Positions 60,679 through 64,000 of a DNA stretch of 64,000 nucleotides are shown here, in pieces. Position 1 is the first letter of the stretch, and each line of letters begins with the position of its first letter. The stretch lies in assembly GCA_965232515.1 (NCBI GenBank), contig CBDDPY010000002.1, positions 6,784,001 through 6,848,000 of the forward strand, given 5' to 3'. Position numbers and translations under genes: made by a program. The notes beneath the pieces were generated by a model that saw nothing but the letters and a program-made list of their open reading frames with translations, did no database searches and had not been told where the DNA came from. This DNA is from Alphaproteobacteria bacterium. GTDB lineage: Bacteria; Pseudomonadota; Alphaproteobacteria; GCA-2731375.

Positions 60679-61320
60679 ATGCCCGACATCGACAACCTCA
60701 AAAAGCAAGCCAAGCGATACGTTCGATGGCACCGCACCCGATACCATCCGGTTGCGGCGCAGATCAGATCGCTGCTGCCGGGCCGCGAACACCTCTCGGA
60801 TCAGGAGATCCTCGAGGCGGCGTTCAAGCTCAGCGACGGTCAGGCGCTTGTGGCCAGAAAACACGGGTTCAAGAGTTGGGCGGCGCTTATCGAAGGGGCG
60901 AAAACCATGCCGGCAACGACACCCTCAACTGCCAACCGATCTTTCGTTTTGAGCGCCGAGCCGCAGATATTCGTGACCGACCTCGATGTCGCGTTGCGCT
61001 TTTATGTCGATTTGCTGAAATTCCAGGTCGCGTTCTCCTACGGGCAGCCAGCTTTCTACGCGCAAGTGTTTCGCGACAATGGCCGATTGAACCTGCGTCA
61101 AGTCGAAGGTCCGGTCTTCAATGAAGCGCTGCGAACGAATGAGCAGGACATCCTGTCCGCGACGCTCACGCTCGAAGACGCAAAACCCCTTTTCCTGGAG
61201 TTTCAACAAGCCGGCGTCCCTTTCCATCAGCCTTTGCGAACCGAACCCTGGGGCGCACGAACGTTCATCGTCGAGGACCCGGACGGCAATTTGATCGCGT
61301 TCGCGGGGAAAGACGGATAG
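60679..61320 (+). CDS. VOC/bleomycin-resistance domain with an N-terminal helical extension (LKKQAK...ARKHGFKSW)
   Basis: PQIFVTDLDVALRFY, EPWGARTFIVEDPDGN; candidate promoter TTGACG-N17-TAGCGT at 60570-60598. Confidence 0.8.
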   Translation: MPDIDNLKKQAKRYVRWHRTRYHPVAAQIRSLLPGREHLSDQEILEAAFKLSDGQALVARKHGFKSWAALIEGAKTMPATTPSTANRSFVLSAEPQIFVTDLDVALRFYVDLLKFQVAFSYGQPAFYAQVFRDNGRLNLRQVEGPVFNEALRTNEQDILSATLTLEDAKPLFLEFQQAGVPFHQPLRTEPWGARTFIVEDPDGNLIAFAGKDG

Positions 61321-61397
61321 TCCGACAGCTTCCATCAATGCGTGGCGAGGCCGGTGGTCGTTGTCCTACACGCGGGCCAGCCTGGCAAGCCGGCCGG

Positions 61398-62270
61398 TTA
61401 ACGCTGCGTCGGGTCGAGGCGGGAGCGGATCCAGTCGCCGACGAGGCACATGGACAGCGTGGTGAGGAAGATGACGGCGCCGGGGATGACGGCGAGGTAC
61501 CAGGCGTTCAAAAGGTAATCGCGGCCTTCGCCGAGCATCTGGCCCAACGACGCAAGCGGCGGCTGGATGCCGAGGCCGAGGAAGCTGAGCGAGGTTTCGA
61601 GCAGGATCGTCTGCGGGAAGTTGAGCGTGAGCTGGACGATGAGCGGGCCGATGACGTTCGGCAGGATGTGGCCGAGGTAAAGCCGGCTGGGCTTGGCGCC
61701 CAGCGCGCGGACAGCGACGGCGTAGCCCTGTTCGCGGGCGGCCAGCACCAGGCCGCGGGTGAGGCGGGCGTAGGTCTCCCAGCCGTAGAGCCCCATCAGC
61801 GCCAGGAACAGGTAGAAGTTGTTGCCGAAGAAGGCGAGGACGGCGAGCGCGATGATCAGGAACGGCATGGCCGCCTGCCAGTCGACCATGGTCATGACGA
61901 TCTCGTCGACGATGCCGCCGCGATGCGCCGCGAGCACGCCCAGAAACGTGCCGAGCACGGCGCCGATCAGCGTGCCGAGCACGGCGAGCGCGATCGACAC
62001 CTGCGTCGCCAGCAGCAGGCGGGAGAGCAGGTCGCGCCCGAGCTTGTCCGTGCCCAGCAGATACCCGTCGACGGACAGCGGCGACCAGAACGGCGGCTTC
62101 AGGCGGTAGAGCAGGTTGGTCTCTTCATAGTCGTGCGGCGCCAGCGCCGGCCCGAACAGCGCCACCAGACAGATGGCGGTCAGGAACGCGGCCGAAAGGG
62201 CGACGGTCGGCGGCACGCCGTTGCCGCTTTTCGGTTTCGCGCGCGGCCGGGAATGTACGGCGTCGGTCAT
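61398..62270 (-). CDS. Peptide ABC transporter permease (DppC-like)
   Basis: LGTDKLGRD, HILPN, ETSLSFLGLGIQPP, GDWIRSRLDP. Confidence 0.9.
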   Translation of the reverse strand: MTDAVHSRPRAKPKSGNGVPPTVALSAAFLTAICLVALFGPALAPHDYEETNLLYRLKPPFWSPLSVDGYLLGTDKLGRDLLSRLLLATQVSIALAVLGTLIGAVLGTFLGVLAAHRGGIVDEIVMTMVDWQAAMPFLIIALAVLAFFGNNFYLFLALMGLYGWETYARLTRGLVLAAREQGYAVAVRALGAKPSRLYLGHILPNVIGPLIVQLTLNFPQTILLETSLSFLGLGIQPPLASLGQMLGEGRDYLLNAWYLAVIPGAVIFLTTLSMCLVGDWIRSRLDPTQR

Positions 62271-63205
62271 CGGCCGCGCTCCCGCGCGCCGACGCGGACG
62301 CGCGGATCGAGCCAGCCATAGGCGAGGTCGACCAGCAGGTTGGCGGTGACCATGGTTATTGCCACCAGCACGACGATGCCCTGGACGACGGCGAGGTCGC
62401 GGTCGCCGACGGCACTGGTCAGCAGCCGGCCGACGCCGGGCCAGGCGAAGACGTTCTCGGTGACGACGGCGCCGCCGATAATAGCGCCGATATAGAAGCC
62501 GACGACGGTGACCACGGGGATCGCGGCATTCGGAAAGGCGTGCAGCCAGATCCGGCGCGACAGCGACGCGCCCTCGGCTTCCGCCGTGCGCATATAGTCG
62601 CGCGACAGCACCTCGAGCATGGCCGAGCGGGTGAAGCGGGCGAGCGAGCCCGCGAACGCGGTGGCGAGCGTGAACACGGGCATGATCATGTGTTCCCAGG
62701 TACCGTAGCCCGAGCTGGGCAGCAGGCGGAGCTGCAGCGCGAACAGCAGGATCAAGAGGATGCCGAGAAAGAAGTTCGGCATCGAGAAGCCCAGCACCGA
62801 GATCGACATGGCGATGCGGTCGACCCAGCTGTCGCGCCAGATCGCTGCCAGCACGCCGAGCGGGATGCCGATCAGAAGCGCGGCGAGAATGGTTGCGGCG
62901 CCGAGCTCGAGCGTCTTCGGGACGCGCTGCATGATCAGGTCGAGCGCCGGATCGTTGTTGCGGAAGGAGACGCCAAAATCGCCCTGCAACGCGGCCTGGA
63001 AATAGCGCAGATACTGCTCCCACAACGGCCGGTCGAGGCCCCAGGCGGCGCGGTAATAGTCGACGATCTGCGGCGAGACGTCGTCGGGCAGAAGCTGGTC
63101 CGTCGGATCGCCGGTCAGCCGCAGCACGATGAACACGAAGGTCACGACCAGCCAGAGCGTGAACAGCGCGCGCAGCAGCTTGGTGGCGACGTAGCGCAGG
63201 CTCAT
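62267..63205 (-). CDS. Peptide ABC transporter permease (DppB-like)
   Basis: GDP, GDFGVSF, SMPNF, DYMRTAEAEG, ENVFAWPGVG, DPRVR. Confidence 0.9.
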   Translation of the reverse strand: MSLRYVATKLLRALFTLWLVVTFVFIVLRLTGDPTDQLLPDDVSPQIVDYYRAAWGLDRPLWEQYLRYFQAALQGDFGVSFRNNDPALDLIMQRVPKTLELGAATILAALLIGIPLGVLAAIWRDSWVDRIAMSISVLGFSMPNFFLGILLILLFALQLRLLPSSGYGTWEHMIMPVFTLATAFAGSLARFTRSAMLEVLSRDYMRTAEAEGASLSRRIWLHAFPNAAIPVVTVVGFYIGAIIGGAVVTENVFAWPGVGRLLTSAVGDRDLAVVQGIVVLVAITMVTANLLVDLAYGWLDPRVRVGARERGR

Positions 63206-64000
63206 GCCAGCGCCTCGGCGTGGTGGCAGGCGACCGTGCCGCCGTCATCGAGCCTGCGCATTTCGGGCCGTTCGCGGCCACAGATGTCGGTGGCGAACGG
63301 GCAGCGCGGATGCAGCGCGCAACCGGGTGGCGGGGCGAGCGGACTGGGCGCTTCGCCGTGCAGGTGGACGGGCGGCCAGTCGGGCCGGCGGCGGGCGCGG
63401 GCGACCGGCACCGCGTCGATCAGGGCGCGGGTATAGGGGTGGCGCGGGCGGGTGAAGAGCGCGGCGCGCGGGGCCAGCTCGACGATGCGGCCGAGATACA
63501 TGACCGCGACCCGGTCGGCGACGTGGCGCACGAGGCTAAGGTCGTGCGAGATGAAGAGGTAGGCGAGGCCGAGCTCGCGCTGCAGGTCGCGCAGCAGGTT
63601 GACCACCTGGGCCTGGACCGAGACGTCGAGGGCGGCGACGGGCTCGTCACAGACGACGAGCCGCGGCTTCAGCATCAGGGCGCGTGCGATGACGGCGCGC
63701 TGCTGCTGGCCGCCGGAGAGCTCGTGCGGGTAGCGGCCGGCGAGATCGCCGTCGAGACCGACGGCGGCCAGCATCAGTCGCGCCTTGTCGAGACGGTCTT
63801 GCGGCTGCCCGACGCCATGGATTTCCAGCCCTTCCGCCACTTGCCGGTCGATGCGCAGGCGTGGGTCGAGGGCGCTACGGCTGTCCTGAAAGATAAGCTG
63901 CATGTCGCGCCGGCGGGCTCGCCAACGGGTATCGTCGGCCTCGTCAAGGGGCGCGTCGTCGAACAGCACACGGCCAGCGCTGGGCGCCAGCAGATTCAAG
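63202..64000 (-). CDS. Peptide ABC transporter ATPase (DppF-like), 5' part outside the window
   Basis: IFQD, LSGGQQQR, DEPVAALD, GCALHPRC..C..ACH. Confidence 0.9.
   Translation of the reverse strand, partial: LNLLAPSAGRVLFDDAPLDEADDTRWRARRRDMQLIFQDSRSALDPRLRIDRQVAEGLEIHGVGQPQDRLDKARLMLAAVGLDGDLAGRYPHELSGGQQQRAVIARALMLKPRLVVCDEPVAALDVSVQAQVVNLLRDLQRELGLAYLFISHDLSLVRHVADRVAVMYLGRIVELAPRAALFTRPRHPYTRALIDAVPVARARRRPDWPPVHLHGEAPSPLAPPPGCALHPRCPFATDICGRERPEMRRLDDGGTVACHHAEALA

Noticed and set aside
61398-63281. 627-aa ORF suggesting a fused permease
   Set aside because: DppC starts at 62270 with an ATGA overlap; the upstream part is an alternative frame of dppB.

Overview
High-GC chromosomal window that reads like an alphaproteobacterium (Rhodospirillales-like; inferred from gene content and repeat type). 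It is densely coding with about 60 supportable CDSs and is dominated by solute-binding-protein transport (TRAP DctPQM, TTT TctCBA with TctDE, TAXI, two Dpp/Opp-type ABC systems) plus accessory catabolic and redox enzymes. I found no rRNA, tRNA, CRISPR array, integrase or transposase. Signals the ORF track does not show: (1) at the left edge, a redoxin gene read through an in-frame UGA (W-A-S-W-U-G-C) followed by a bacterial SECIS-like hairpin, i.e. a probable selenoprotein; (2) a TPP riboswitch directly upstream of an unusual ThiD-Nudix fusion; (3) an MMPL/LolA-like pair whose probable outer-membrane barrel partner lies about 39 kb away; (4) an FNR/FixK-box-centred P-type ATPase/HTH/ADH/USP module; (5) a MerR-type 19-bp-spacer promoter driving a minimal merF plus GDCCVxC operon; (6) an integrin-beta-like vWA protein behind an AT-rich region; (7) several enzymes with substituted catalytic or metal-binding residues. 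All family calls come from motif recognition by eye; no database searches were run.
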